Source: a virus
Lineage: Duplodnaviria > Heunggongvirae > Uroviricota > Caudoviricetes
Reading direction: 5' to 3' (one strand)
IMG/VR virus record: IMGVR_UViG_3300026382_000007
Length of the DNA stretch: 64,000 nt
Shown in pieces: positions 63,744 through 64,000 of the stretch. The notes beneath the pieces were generated by a model. That model saw only the letters and a program-made list of their open reading frames with translations. It did not search any database and was not told where the DNA came from. Position 1 is the stretch's first letter; every line of letters begins with the position of its first letter. The position numbers and the translations under genes were made by a program.

Positions 63744-64000
63744 ATGACTCAATCAGAACTACTAAAATCACAACAAGCGAGTATTCAAACTAAGGAAACT
63801 GCGGAAGCATTCTTAGTTTTTAGCAAGCATCTTAAAAAGGATGCATTGGCTCGTGTAGAAATACAAGAAGATGAACTCAAAGCTCTTACAAAGAGTGTGG
63901 AAATTTCCACGGAAAATTTTGCACAAGCGGTTAAAAAAACTGCGGAAGATGCCTTAGTTATAAATCCTCTTTGGAAGCCCCCAATTTTCAATGCTTATAG
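63744..64000 (+). CDS. hypothetical early protein (starts after the last early promoter, ends at the window edge)
   Basis: Promoter plus AGGAGG SD; MTQSELLKSQQASIQ... Confidence 0.55.
   Translation, partial: MTQSELLKSQQASIQTKETAEAFLVFSKHLKKDALARVEIQEDELKALTKSVEISTENFAQAVKKTAEDALVINPLWKPPIFNAY

Noticed and set aside
1-64000. tRNA, rRNA or IS elements
   Set aside because: No cloverleaf/T-loop pattern, rRNA signature or transposase was recognised by eye; a tRNAscan-SE/ARAGORN run would confirm.

Overview
A 64-kb segment of a large, AT-rich, T4-like (distantly Straboviridae-like) lytic myophage. All recognisable genes but one are on the + strand. Left to right: (1) a thymidine-hypermodification cluster with a ViI gp226-like PLP enzyme, a 5-hmdU DNA kinase-like P-loop protein, a dUMP hydroxymethylase, a coupled 2OG-Fe(II) dioxygenase and an embedded PD-(D/E)XK nuclease; (2) early cassettes of small ORFs interleaved with replication/recombination genes (dNMP kinase, Rnl2, UvsY/UvsW, clamp, gp32, RNase H, primase, UL9-like helicase, two topoisomerase II subunits); (3) a ~1.6-kb repeat- and hairpin-rich non-coding region at 19.2-20.8 kb, a candidate replication origin; (4) the head/neck/tail module from terminase to tape measure. 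Nineteen early promoters share TAAG-N7-TAAG-N11-TATAAT and thirteen late promoters share TTAAATA. Promoter style and some gene families point to a Campylobacterota-like host (inference). The most unusual signals are near-total avoidance of RCGY tetramers (no ACGT found by eye), two SD-led genes apparently overprinted inside the primase, the extra dioxygenase in the hypermodification pathway, and the origin-like region. All protein assignments rest on motifs recognised by eye; no database searches were run.
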